64,000 bases of DNA, taken from positions 372,001-436,000 of the forward strand of contig OW569383.1 in the NCBI GenBank assembly GCA_937625935.1. The letters are read 5' to 3'. The notes beneath the pieces are model-generated. The model had not been told where the DNA came from. It worked only from the letters and a program-made list of their open reading frames with translations, and ran no database searches. A program made the translations under genes and the position numbers. This stretch comes from Tetramitus jugosus (taxonomy: Eukaryota; Protista; Heterolobosea). This document shows positions 1 to 11,100 of the stretch, piece after piece. Numbering within the stretch: position 1 is the first letter of the stretch; every line of letters starts with the position of its first letter.

Positions 1-2162
1 TGAGTGTTGGTATTAAAATGGGTCATTCCCTGTTGCAAGATTGTCAGAATCATTTGATCTTGCGAGAATGCGCTAGGTCTGCTCCTCGAATAATACCGTT
101 CATAGCACAAGTGACCCCATGGCAACCAATCACCTGGTGCAAAGTTTGTACTCTCTGCCAGGTTGAATCCGTGGTTGAACCCAGCGTGATACGCCCTAGG
201 AAAGGTCACAATAAATGTTCCTGGTTCATGAATCATACGATACACTGGAATATCGTGCTCTCTCAATAAGCTAGGACTCACCATCGTGATCAAGCACTCT
301 AGTAATCTCGGATTCAATTGAAAGAGACCAGGGAATCGATCTCTCATGAATTTTTCAAACTTTTGGGCTGCCGATCCCGGTATGCAATACCAAGTCTTCT
401 TTGCACCATAGTGCAAATAATTGATGGCATAGAGATAGTGATCTTCAACGTGCCAACAAAAGGAACTGAACAGCATACCAACATAGATCATGGGAGAAGT
501 AATGCCAGGAACGTTCATGTACAGATACTTGAGAACAGAGTTATCTACGATGGGAAGCTTTGTCAGTGCCCAATCAGAGACACAATGCCTAGGGAAGCAT
601 GAATTGTTCTGAATGGGCATATTGATGAGATCACTGCCATACTGAACAGCCACATGTGATTTTGTAGCACTTGTATTGGATGTCGTTGTAGCTCGCTTGT
701 GCTCCACAATTTTCCAATACTCTGCTTCCACATCGTGATCATTCACATCTCTCCAATGATCAAAATACGTCACAGAAGAAACACGCAGTATTCCAGCTTT
801 TCGCGCCAATTTTCTCAGCTGCAATCGGGGTAATTCACGTTTACGATTGCGCAATCCACAATAAAAAAAGGAAGCACCACTGCTATGCTGCTTGCTTGTT
901 TGCTGCTGCTGCTGCAGCTGCTGGACTCTGTCAGAGAAGAATTGTCGCTTAAACGCGTGAGCCATCTTTTGAAATTGCTTGATTGAAATTGTGCCTTTGC
1001 TTCGATCAAAACCAAAATTACTACCATTGTCCATTTCATTGTCTTCCGTGTCCTTTGTTTGATTCCCTGCTTGTATCACTTGTTTGGGAGAAATGTGGCT
1101 CGCATTCTTTGCGGTTTCGTGCTTTGAGTCTGGTGTGGAAATTTTGGTTCGTTTTTGCGGTGATGACGATGATGCATCATCATTGTTCAAACTGGATCGT
1201 TTTCTTCTTCGACCACTTGAGCTACTACTGTTACTACTGTTACTACTACTGTTACTGCTCGTACTATCACTCACATGATACATAGAATCACTCTTTTCAT
1301 CTTGTTGTTGCGTTGCACCTACTACCATCATACTGTTATGATTTGCATTCATAGTGTTATTCCCATATCTGTACAATAATTGATCAATTTGTTGAATTTT
1401 CGTCTTGAAATGAAATGATTGTTCTTGAATGCCCAAATCACTCAATCCATCCACTCGATAGTACCCTCCATGCATCACCACACTATTGTCATCACTGTCA
1501 TGTTCATCATTTTCGTCATTTTCGTCATTTTCATCATCATCACTACTAGAATCGTCATCATCATCATCATTGCGACTCTTGCGTTTTTGCTTGTTTTGAA
1601 TAGGTCGGTTCGTTAATCGTACGTCAGCGTGTGGTGCAACAATTTTACAAATTCCATATGGCTCTGCAATAGATCGAATACTAGAGATAAATTTCATTGG
1701 ATCCTTGAACTCTTCTGCACTCGGATAGAATATGGGCCCAAAAGGAATGATATGACTTTCTGGCGTGCTGTCAAATGTCATTGTCGGAGAAAACTGAGGA
1801 GGGAGACGAGGAGAACGAGAGTGAGAAAGGATGGAGGGTGGTTGTTGATTGTGAGGTGCATTAGGAAAGATGTATCGTGTTTTTGTTGTTGTTGTTTCGT
1901 CATTTTCTTTAAGAGAAAGTTTGGTTGGTTCAACATTGTCAATGTTTGGTGGTGGTTGTTCAGGTTGTTGTAATGGATGAGTCATGATGTGTGTGATGAT
2001 TGTGTGGTGGTGACTCTTGTTGTTGTTGTTGTCGTCGTTGGTGTTGTGCATGGGAACGCGACGTTTAGGATAATTTGAGGTTGGAGGTGGGTAGTTGAAA
2101 GGAAGGTCGTTTATTTTTTTTGATATTTGTGTCTGCTTATTTGGGGTGTTTAGATCCAACAT
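1..2162 (-). CDS. JmjN/JmjC histone lysine demethylase, KDM5/JARID1-like; 3' end runs off the window
   Basis: Not in the ORF track, most likely because no stop occurs in the window. Manual translation from ATG 2162 gives JmjN 'GPIFYPSAEEFKDPMKFISSIRSIAEPYGICKIVAP' (~1630-1740), then 'FKTKIQQIDQL'. In the same frame comes JmjC 'VPGITSPMIYVGMLFSSFCWHVEDHYLYAINYLHYGAKKTWYCIP...PGTFIVTFPRAYHAGFNHGFNLAESTNFAP' (~130-515), with the HxE...H iron ligands intact. Confidence 0.92.
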   Translation of the reverse strand, partial: MLDLNTPNKQTQISKKINDLPFNYPPPTSNYPKRRVPMHNTNDDNNNNKSHHHTIITHIMTHPLQQPEQPPPNIDNVEPTKLSLKENDETTTTKTRYIFPNAPHNQQPPSILSHSRSPRLPPQFSPTMTFDSTPESHIIPFGPIFYPSAEEFKDPMKFISSIRSIAEPYGICKIVAPHADVRLTNRPIQNKQKRKSRNDDDDDDSSSDDDENDENDENDEHDSDDNSVVMHGGYYRVDGLSDLGIQEQSFHFKTKIQQIDQLLYRYGNNTMNANHNSMMVVGATQQQDEKSDSMYHVSDSTSSNSSSNSSNSSSSSGRRRKRSSLNNDDASSSSPQKRTKISTPDSKHETAKNASHISPKQVIQAGNQTKDTEDNEMDNGSNFGFDRSKGTISIKQFQKMAHAFKRQFFSDRVQQLQQQQQTSKQHSSGASFFYCGLRNRKRELPRLQLRKLARKAGILRVSSVTYFDHWRDVNDHDVEAEYWKIVEHKRATTTSNTSATKSHVAVQYGSDLINMPIQNNSCFPRHCVSDWALTKLPIVDNSVLKYLYMNVPGITSPMIYVGMLFSSFCWHVEDHYLYAINYLHYGAKKTWYCIPGSAAQKFEKFMRDRFPGLFQLNPRLLECLITMVSPSLLREHDIPVYRMIHEPGTFIVTFPRAYHAGFNHGFNLAESTNFAPGDWLPWGHLCYERYYSRSRPSAFSQDQMILTILQQGMTHFNTNT

Positions 2163-2214
2163 GTTTGTTTGAAGCTAATCTCCCCTCCGCTTTTCGAAAT
2201 AGAAAATCATTTCA

Positions 2215-4551
2215 ATGATGGTGATGATGAACAAGAAGTGTTGTTGGACGTTGTTCCGGATGAAGGATCAGTATAGATGTCACCATCAAAAACGACTGTT
2301 GAGTAGATCGACTTTTGGTATGGGAATGGCGCTTGTGCAACCACAAGAGAGATCGTATGTGCAATTGATTGACTTCTCCAAGAAGTTGAGAGAAGATCGT
2401 CAGAAACAACTGGATCAACGAAAGAAACAAGAGCTCTTCAAGAGAGGAGAGTTGGACACGAGTGACCTTGATGAATCTGATGTTTTTGTGGACATACTGT
2501 CGGATCGTTACCGACAATCAGTAGCCGCTGCGAAGCAACAAGAAGAAGCGTCCAAGGCCAAGAATTCGGAGAATGCTGCTGCTCCATCTACAGAAAGAGT
2601 GCCAAAAGAAAAGCTTACGCTGCGAGAGTTGAACCAAGCCTTGGTCAATGCACAACAGTTCATTAATGGCGCACAGTACTATCTAGCACAGAAACTATTG
2701 GAAGAATGTGCTGATCGTATTGATGAGCAAGCCACAGATGATGAGTCTATTGTTGTGCGCATGAAGAAATCCGCGATTAATTTCCTGTTGGCCAAGAGCT
2801 ATGTCCTGAAGGGTGAATTGGATCTTGCATTGGAAAAGTTTGATCAATGCATTGCTCAATCTTCGTCCAATATTGAAAAATGGTCACAGTTGTCCATGTC
2901 TAATGAGAATGACAATGAAAAATTGTTGTTGATTGATGCATTGTACAGTCGAGCAGTGTTGCACTTTAATTGCAACCGTACTAATCTGTCGTTGAAGGAC
3001 TATTGTCAATGCATTGATCAATTCCGCACCGAAATGAATCAGGATTCTCTGTTGCTTCAGAATCATGCAGCAGTTGAGCTTTATACATCTGCACTGAACA
3101 ATCGAGCATTTCTGTTGTTGGATAATCCATCTTTGCATTCATCCGAGGTCATGAGTGGAAAAGATGCGTACGCGATCATTGAATCAGACTTGCACGAGAG
3201 TATCAAACTGAACAAACAGATTGGACACGATGATCGGTACTCGATGCAAAACTTTTATAACTTGGCGAGACTCTACTTGATGGTGCATCGTTTCGAGGAT
3301 GCAATTATTAATTACCACAAATTTATTGATGTGTATGGAGACAAGGCCTCACCTCATTTAACAGCTCACTCGGCGCTCGCAGATTGTTTCATGGCCCTGG
3401 GTCAATTCTCAAAAGCTATACCTCACATCTCTATATGCATTGATTCTTTGTTGAAAGCCACACAAGAGTTGACTCAGAAGGATCGATCATACAAACCTGC
3501 ACGCAAAGAATTGGCAAAGGCTTACATGAAAAGGGCAGAATGCAATCTAGGACTGCTAGATGAACCTGTTTCTGTTCTCGATGATATATCGAAGTCTGTT
3601 GAATACGATAGAGCTGGCGCAACATTCTGGGTACACAGAGCACTATTTCACATGTTCCACCGTGGTGACTACGATAAGGCTATATTCGATTTTTCTGTTG
3701 CTCTACTGCGCTATCAGGGAAGCTCGAGTGGTGCTGTTCCCCAATCAACATCTACTGATACGTCAGTTGAATTGCAGCATCATGATGTTTTACTATTGCG
3801 ATCAATGTGCCATGAACGAATGAGTCAATGGGAAGATGCAATAGCAGATTACAATCAACTGATTGAACAACTACAACCGACAGTATCTCTTGATGATACC
3901 ATACCAGAAACTCGATTATCACGTGTTCTTAGCTTGCTAATGAACACCTACCAATCGCCCATACAATTGTTCTTGACCAGTGATGTCAGTAACCTGGAGT
4001 CAGTGGACAATATCACTAGTGCCAAGTTTCTGCTCTCTCGAGTACACACTAGAGTTGCTATGCTCTATTTGGAGCTTGGAAAGCAGATGATCATAACCAA
4101 ACAAGAGTTCGATTACAGCAAGTACATGGAGCTTGCGCTGAAACACTTGAGACAAGCGTTAGCACTTGACGCTAGCAACTATAGTGCTCTCTTTCAGCGA
4201 TCCCAACTCGCAATTCAACTGTACAAGAAGAGAGATCAGTTGAACGTGACCCTTCCCAACGAAAACAAGAAACCAAACGAATATTATAATCTCGTGATTG
4301 GCGACCTCAGTAAGTTGTTGGACAGTCCAAGCGAGGATCACAAGAGATACGCACTTTACAACAGAGCTGTCGTCAACTTCAAACGACAAGAATACGAAAG
4401 CACAATCAATGATCTCACAACGTACCTGACATCTGCGGACAACACCAAGTTATCGGCAGAAGAACAAGAGCGAGTGATCGATCTACGAAGAAGTGCTTAC
4501 CTGAAACAACAAAAGTATTGGACCTGGATCCAAGACCATTTATCAACATAA
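2215..4551 (+). CDS. TPR-repeat protein, possibly organelle-targeted
   Basis: 778-aa ORF with repeated TPR-like helical units (e.g. 'ALYSRAVLHF', 'FYNLARLYLMVHRFEDAIINYHKFI', 'ALYNRAVVNFKRQEYESTINDLT'). The N-terminus is basic and poor in acidic residues. Confidence 0.85.
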   Translation: MMVMMNKKCCWTLFRMKDQYRCHHQKRLLSRSTFGMGMALVQPQERSYVQLIDFSKKLREDRQKQLDQRKKQELFKRGELDTSDLDESDVFVDILSDRYRQSVAAAKQQEEASKAKNSENAAAPSTERVPKEKLTLRELNQALVNAQQFINGAQYYLAQKLLEECADRIDEQATDDESIVVRMKKSAINFLLAKSYVLKGELDLALEKFDQCIAQSSSNIEKWSQLSMSNENDNEKLLLIDALYSRAVLHFNCNRTNLSLKDYCQCIDQFRTEMNQDSLLLQNHAAVELYTSALNNRAFLLLDNPSLHSSEVMSGKDAYAIIESDLHESIKLNKQIGHDDRYSMQNFYNLARLYLMVHRFEDAIINYHKFIDVYGDKASPHLTAHSALADCFMALGQFSKAIPHISICIDSLLKATQELTQKDRSYKPARKELAKAYMKRAECNLGLLDEPVSVLDDISKSVEYDRAGATFWVHRALFHMFHRGDYDKAIFDFSVALLRYQGSSSGAVPQSTSTDTSVELQHHDVLLLRSMCHERMSQWEDAIADYNQLIEQLQPTVSLDDTIPETRLSRVLSLLMNTYQSPIQLFLTSDVSNLESVDNITSAKFLLSRVHTRVAMLYLELGKQMIITKQEFDYSKYMELALKHLRQALALDASNYSALFQRSQLAIQLYKKRDQLNVTLPNENKKPNEYYNLVIGDLSKLLDSPSEDHKRYALYNRAVVNFKRQEYESTINDLTTYLTSADNTKLSAEEQERVIDLRRSAYLKQQKYWTWIQDHLST

Positions 4552-4595
4552 ATTATTCGGTTTTCGAGCAATTGTATTTCAGTTTACAAAATAAT

Positions 4596-6074
4596 TTATA
4601 TGAGATGTGCTGCGATTGCTGTGAGCCCCAATCCCACGACATTGTACAAGAGAACCTTGTTCACCGTTCCTGTGGTGCTATTGCAGTAGATCATTACAAC
4701 AAAGAGCAAACACAGAACCAGTGCACTGTGAATCTTCTTGTCTGGTGAGTAGACGTGTGTTAGCACGTTAATCAGCAAGAAGTGACTCGCTACTGCCAGA
4801 AAACTACCATACAGAATCTGTCTCAGTGAATGATATCCATCATTATACGTTTCAATCATGCACAGCACTGCTGCCATCAACAATACACCATATAGTACAT
4901 AAAATATGGCAGAACGAGACGTTTGCTTTGCTCTTCTCGACGCCGAATTCGGCGACACGGGACTCAAACCCTCTTGCGTTGACCCGGACAACAAAACTGC
5001 AGATTCATGCTCCAAAAACGTGAACAGGAATGGCAGTGTCAACAGAGTAAAAACAAAAAAGTGATAGTGACCACTGATCGAATTCGGATGGATATTGCAC
5101 TTGTGATCATTCAGATATTGCTTGAAAAAGATGATGAATCCCCATGAGATGTGATACCAGGACAATGTGAACAACAAGAGGAAAAATGCACTGCGTTTCG
5201 GTGTTTTCACATGCTTGATTGCAATCATTGCAAAACTCAACACGATAAATATCGTTGCACTCGAAAACAACAATTTTCGACTCTTTGGTCTCGGATAAAA
5301 AATCATTTCTGGTTTCTCAACTGTTGATGCTTCACCTTCTACAGCACCAGCAGCAACATTAACATTAGCACCAACAACTGAAGTACTCTTTTCCAATGTG
5401 TTACTACAAGCATCCAAATTCAATGATGAATCACACTTATTTGTCACAGCAGTAGTTGTAGTCGTAGTAGGTATTGTCGCTGTAGTAGAAATTGTTTGTT
5501 TTTCTGGTGTGAACCGCATCGTATCCGTGTGATCATTTGCAAGTTTATGAACAGTATTCGTAGGTGCTGGATGATGACCAAATGGTCTTCTACAAAAATC
5601 TAAAATACCATCCGTAGTGACCTCTTGTTGTACAATTTGGATACAAGACAGGACACAAAGAAGACAAAAAACACCCATGATCAATCTCCACTTGATTAAA
5701 CATTCTTGACGATTATTACTATTGCTGTTGCTGTTGCTGTTACTATTGAAACCATTGCGCTGATGAGAAAATTTTTTAATGTGATGATTCAATGTTCGAT
5801 CGTCATGTTGTTGGGTGATATTATTAGAGTTGAGTACAATTTCAGAATTTTTGTTGTTGTTGTTGTTGTTGTTGACTGATGATGATGATGATGATGTTGT
5901 GGAATAGTGATGGTGTTTGTTGGATTTGGTCATGTTTATATTTCGTTTGATGAGTTTGGATAGTATGAAGGAATTGGGTTGTTGTTGATTGTGATGATTG
6001 TCTTGTTCGAATTCTTCTTCTTCGACAAACTCTACGACTTGTTGATTTCGCGCGTTTCTTTGCTTGTTGTGCAT
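4596..6074 (-). CDS. Multi-pass membrane protein of the PAP2/FIT-like lipid phosphatase superfamily
   Basis: Asn/Ser/Thr-rich N-terminus followed by ~7-8 hydrophobic segments. Motifs 'NSISGHYHFF' and 'DGYHSLRQILYG' match the PAP2 C2 (SGH) and C3 (H) motifs. Confidence 0.65.
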   Translation of the reverse strand: MHNKQRNARNQQVVEFVEEEEFEQDNHHNQQQPNSFILSKLIKRNINMTKSNKHHHYSTTSSSSSSVNNNNNNNKNSEIVLNSNNITQQHDDRTLNHHIKKFSHQRNGFNSNSNSNSNSNNRQECLIKWRLIMGVFCLLCVLSCIQIVQQEVTTDGILDFCRRPFGHHPAPTNTVHKLANDHTDTMRFTPEKQTISTTATIPTTTTTTAVTNKCDSSLNLDACSNTLEKSTSVVGANVNVAAGAVEGEASTVEKPEMIFYPRPKSRKLLFSSATIFIVLSFAMIAIKHVKTPKRSAFFLLLFTLSWYHISWGFIIFFKQYLNDHKCNIHPNSISGHYHFFVFTLLTLPFLFTFLEHESAVLLSGSTQEGLSPVSPNSASRRAKQTSRSAIFYVLYGVLLMAAVLCMIETYNDGYHSLRQILYGSFLAVASHFLLINVLTHVYSPDKKIHSALVLCLLFVVMIYCNSTTGTVNKVLLYNVVGLGLTAIAAHLI

Positions 6075-6338
6075 TTGTTTTTCTGCCTGATTGGCGGATA
6101 ATTTTTTTTTGGAACGGTGTGATGATTACAGTTCAATAGGCAGGTCAAACTTCCTAATGGTGTCGAATAGAAATCTTCTCATGACTAAAAAGAGATGAAT
6201 TTTCCACTTCTTTGACTAAACGCGAAATGTCCCAACTGTACGGTGAGACTGATTGTTCTACAACCGACACGAAGGTGCACAAAAAGGCTACATAATCGTT
6301 CAAAACCCCTGAAGAGAAAAGTAAACAACCCATGAAAG

Positions 6339-6797
6339 ATGGGAAGTAGAATCTCTAATCTTCGAGAGTCTGATCCTTCAGCTAGCAGTCTCTCGAAGAA
6401 TGTTGCAAGCTCATCAATGTCGAGCATCACAATGAGAAAACGAGCTATTCATGCCCGGAAAAGAAGACTCTCAGAGAGAATGATCACGTCTGTGGGTAGT
6501 CTGAAACACCAAGACTCCCTAAAACTACTAGAAGTTCCTATGTCTCTCACAAAATATCAATCATCGAACTCTTCTGATGTATCCAAGGGCATGAGTCATA
6601 TCTCATTTACTCGGTGGTCAGTGTCGTGTGAAGAATTGTATCTCAGTCCTGAGGAACAGAAAGAAGCTGATGAATTGAAAGAGAGTATGAACATGTATCA
6701 TTTTCCAATATCCAGAGAAACGGTCAGTATTAGAAAGCTACGATCACTCCTGTTCTCGTCCAAGGTGACTCCAATCAGATTATGTGCTTCGATTTGA
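6339..6797 (+). CDS. Hypothetical protein (uncertain)
   Basis: 152-aa ATG-initiated ORF filling an ~840-bp gap between two minus-strand genes. No recognisable domain. Confidence 0.3.
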   Translation: MGSRISNLRESDPSASSLSKNVASSSMSSITMRKRAIHARKRRLSERMITSVGSLKHQDSLKLLEVPMSLTKYQSSNSSDVSKGMSHISFTRWSVSCEELYLSPEEQKEADELKESMNMYHFPISRETVSIRKLRSLLFSSKVTPIRLCASI

Positions 6798-6917
6798 ACC
6801 AGATTGTTTTTCGCCTTTGGTTGATTAATCACTTGAGAGAACAAAGATACTTAGGAGGATGGCATCCACCTTTCAACAACTTCAATAGAAGTAAACAGAA
6901 CCAACCTCCATGATTTA

Positions 6918-7715
6918 TTAATCCCAGTCCATTTGACTTCGTCTTTGTACGGCTGATGACTGTTTCTTCCTCTGCTGTTCCATCTTGAATTGTTTTACCG
7001 TCTCTGCTCTCGCAACTACACCTGCTTGCTCCAACCTTGCCTCCAGCACAACAGTCTTAAAATCATCCCTATCTCCTAATTCTCCAAATCCAACGACTCT
7101 GTCAACTGCCACTCCATCCACAAAGCAAACAATTGTTGGAAGCATCCGAATCGTCAATTTGCCCACAAAGAACTTTGCCTTCTCAGCATCAATCTTGATG
7201 AACCTTGTAGGAAGGTGCTTAGGGGCCAATTGCGCCAAATGCATATCTACAATCTTACACCGCTCAAAATCCCGATGATAGAATGCGCACACGCAGTATT
7301 TACTTCCCGTGACTGCTTTCAAAAAATCCTCCTCAACTACCTCCTCGTATTTCCCGTGTCCTTTGATAATATTGTCCTGTAACTCTCTTCTCTGGTTCTT
7401 TAGAGCTTGAAGTCTCTGCTCTCTCAACATTCTGAAATCTGATTCCTCTTCATCATCGAAAAAGTCGTCGTCATCGTCTTCATTTTGAGCTCTTGATGAT
7501 TGATTTTCAGTGTTGTGGGCTGATAGGTCGGAAGTACCCTTGGTTTGGATACTGTTCTTGGTGGAGCTTGAAATATCATCCCGTGGCTTTCCTCCTCTTT
7601 CTTTTTGCACATTGGCCATGGCTTGTTGAAGAATAACCGATTGAGTAGCTTGTTCAAAGGCATTGGCTGCTTGAGCAGACTTATCTTCACTGTTGAAACC
7701 TTTAGCTTTGAACAT
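6918..7715 (-). CDS. TXNDC9: Phosducin-like thioredoxin-fold protein (TXNDC9/PhLP3/Plp1 family, CCT co-factor)
   Basis: 'LREQRLQALK...GHGKYEEV.EEDFLKAVTGSKYCVCAFYHRDFERCKIVDMHLAQLAPKHLPTRFIKIDAEKAKFFVGKLTIRMLPT...DRVVGFGELGDRDDF' is the family signature. Confidence 0.9.
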   Translation of the reverse strand: MFKAKGFNSEDKSAQAANAFEQATQSVILQQAMANVQKERGGKPRDDISSSTKNSIQTKGTSDLSAHNTENQSSRAQNEDDDDDFFDDEEESDFRMLREQRLQALKNQRRELQDNIIKGHGKYEEVVEEDFLKAVTGSKYCVCAFYHRDFERCKIVDMHLAQLAPKHLPTRFIKIDAEKAKFFVGKLTIRMLPTIVCFVDGVAVDRVVGFGELGDRDDFKTVVLEARLEQAGVVARAETVKQFKMEQQRKKQSSAVQRRSQMDWD

Positions 7716-8158
7716 CTTTTTAGAGGTAAAATATCAATGTCTGTTTTGTATTACGACAACAAGACTCTTGAACTTTGTGCTTTACTCGAAGAAAAAAGTT
7801 GTGTGGGCCCGCTTGTGAATCTCCTCCAGTAATGCGCTCGGAATCAGAACTGGCGCCAAAGGTTTTTTTCACCGGTCCGCATTGAGAAACACGACTTGAA
7901 CTCAGGAATATCCTTTGACAAAAATACTCCAACGCAGTATTTTTCTCCGAATACACAAAAAATTGTGCGCAGAGTTGCGTACGAAATTACACCGCAAGCA
8001 GAAACCTCGACACCACACCAAAAACAAAAACGACTTTCTAAGACGCACAAACGAGAACAAAAATTGTTCAATTCATTACATTAGGCACCATCAACACAAC
8101 ACGAAGCACAACTCGCTACCTGCCCTGACACCCACATACCAGCAGAAAACTATCCCCC

Positions 8159-11100
8159 ATGAAGCGTCATCGACTTTCCTGCACTTGCAACAACAACAAT
8201 AGCAATAGCAATAATACGAACAACAACAATGTTCACGAAAGCTCTTGCTCAGCTTCTTCATCCCCACCTGAAATGATGACTGATACCAATGATGCGACAT
8301 GCACCTTGGTGGACTCTGCGCGTGCCACTTTTCCCGGTGATATTCCCACTAGAAACATTCCTCGAAGAAAATATCACTATTCTCACCAACAACAACACCA
8401 TCAACACCATGATCACCTTCAGTATGATCACAACAACAACAACGGTGTGAATAATGTTGGTGGCTCTATTCATCCATCCAATCCAATGGATCATCATCAC
8501 CATGATGAACAGCACCACGCAAGCAATGCTGCTGCAACGACTCAAACTGCTGGTCCCAACAATATTTTTGAAGTACCCCATTTTTTAAAGAATAACACCG
8601 GTATGAACAATACTACGATGATTACCTTTAGTAACAATTACAATGACAAGAAGCAAACTTCGGATTGTACGGAAGGTATCATCATTTCTTCTGCGATCCC
8701 AAACTATAACAACAGCGAGGCCAATAATAATAATAATAAGATTACCTCTTATCAACAGAATGAAGGTGATGACAATGAATGCATTCCATGCATGCGTTTC
8801 ACAAAGAGACAGAAAAAAGCCTGCACCATTTGCAAACTTCCTACATCCATTCTCTCACTCGTGACTCGATATCTGAACAAGTTTGATTTGTTTTGCGTAT
8901 TGAGTCTCACATGTCGCGTATTTTACAATATTGTCCATAACGTGACATGTTGGCATGATCGGATGTTTGCTGTTTGTGATCAAAGCTTGGAGCACATGAC
9001 CCACACGACATTTATGACACTTGTCGAACAATGCCAGTTCAGACATTTGTGTATTTGGCAAGATGGCGAAACGAATCAAAACAATAATAACAACAATAAT
9101 AGTCGTCGTGGTTGTATATCTTCTCTCTTTAATTTGGGAGCATCGGTAAACAAAGTATTGTCGAGAGAAGTATTCGGAACAAAGTCGCTGTGTGCTCTAT
9201 TTCAATGTACAAAAGAAACAATACCTTTCCTGAGAAATTTGAAGACATTGGTATTGAAAACGAAATTTGCAACATCGAAACATATATTCTTGGCGATGCA
9301 AACATGCCCAGAACTTGAAACACTGACGTTTATATACGATGGCACGCAATCATCGCCCAGTACTGTCAAGAGTTTTGGTACTGCGACAATAAATGCTGTA
9401 GAAGGAGCTCTGTGTGATATTAGGAGAACATTGGCTGCCTCTACGGTCAAGAACTCTCCAATTGAACAATATGCTCCGAAAATTGCATTGCTCAAAGACA
9501 AGGTGAAATGTAGGACACTGACTCACTTCAAGATTATTCAAAACGATCCTCACTTGTGTCCATTTATGAAGCAGCAACTCACAGTGTTCACTCACTTGGT
9601 TCTCATAACTCAAAAGAATCTGAAGAAGATTGAATTGAGCTCACAAGTAAGCTTCCTGTGTTGTGATACCTTTGTGAAATATGGAAATGAATTATTCTTT
9701 GATCATCTACGGGAGATTGTGTTGAATGGCCATACGATCTCTAATGACGCTCTTAGTGCTCTACTATCCAAATGCCCCAATCTATCCGATCTCGTGCTAC
9801 ATAATATGCCATCGCTTACGACCCAATCTTTGGCTCACCTACCCTCGTCGCTCACTAGTCTCTGTATTTTGAACTGCCCTCGCATTGGTGTCTCGTCCAG
9901 CGATGTTATCATTCCACCACTGTGCAATCTGACAAAATTGAGCTTTACATCGAAATTGGACACTGCTGATGAAAATCTCATCAGAAGTGAGGCACTGCTA
10001 GTGTGGAAATTGTTCACATCCTGTGATTCGGCTAAGCTCAAGGACCTCATGTTTAACACTCATGGCATCTACAATCCCTATCAAGTATTTTGTTGCAATG
10101 TTGTGTGTGACAAACTCAGAAATCTGAGCAACATTTGTCTGATGAATAGTGACTTGAATGCTGATATTTGTAGTTTTATTAGCTCAAACGAACATAGCGA
10201 TATGACAGTAGCTGTGATTCAGGACAACTCAACGGCGTTGCCCAATTTACCAAAGTGTGCTGTCAAATCACTCTCCGAAAAATGCAAGTGTTTAGTTGTT
10301 AGATCGTATACATTGCCCGGTGATTGGCTAGAGACATTTGCAACCAATCACACGACTACAAAGAGCCTCCAGCTCATGAACTGTGCTGTCAACTATCAAC
10401 CGACTGTGTTCCCGCAGAACCGACCACAGAATTCATGCTCAACTGTGGAGGATCTGTCTCTACTGTCACATTGTGCATTCCCGCTCGACTTTTACACAAG
10501 GATCTTCTCCACATTTAACTGTGTGAAAACGTTGAAACTGTCAGAGCTGAATCCATTGCCAGTATATACATTGTCAATCATTTCCCAGCACTGCCCAATG
10601 CTCGAATCACTTTTCATTGACGATTGCACCTACCCTGTACTCTCGGATCAAGATGCGGAGAACTTTAGAGTTCCTCTATGCTCCTTTGAGAATCTGAAGG
10701 TACTAGAAGTTTGTAACTGTTCTAATCCATCGCTCCAACAGCTGTGTCTACTACTGTTGTCAATGAGGAATGTTGAGAAGATTTGCTTCAATGCTCGAAC
10801 CAGCAGTGGTATGGAGATTCAACACACACCGGGAGGTATTCAGCTCTCACTCGTGAATAATCTGAACTCTGGCTTCTTTGTCCAGATGAAGCAAATTATT
10901 CAACAAGTGATTTGCTGTCGCAAAACTTCATGCCTGTCCATGAAAACGTTTTGGGAATGGCAATTGTTTGTCGATGTGTTCCGCAATGTATACCATGAGA
11001 TATTTGAGGATCACAAAGTTCGTGTACAAACACGCTTAGCTACTCCACTCGTGGACCCAGAGAGATTCCCTTTCCAAGAGCTAAAAAGCTGTCTCGAGAG

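Noticed and set aside
18-1973. Several short plus-strand ORFs (18-269, 318-602, 983-1285, 1629-1973 and others)
   Set aside because: They are antisense to the continuous minus-strand JmjN/JmjC frame.
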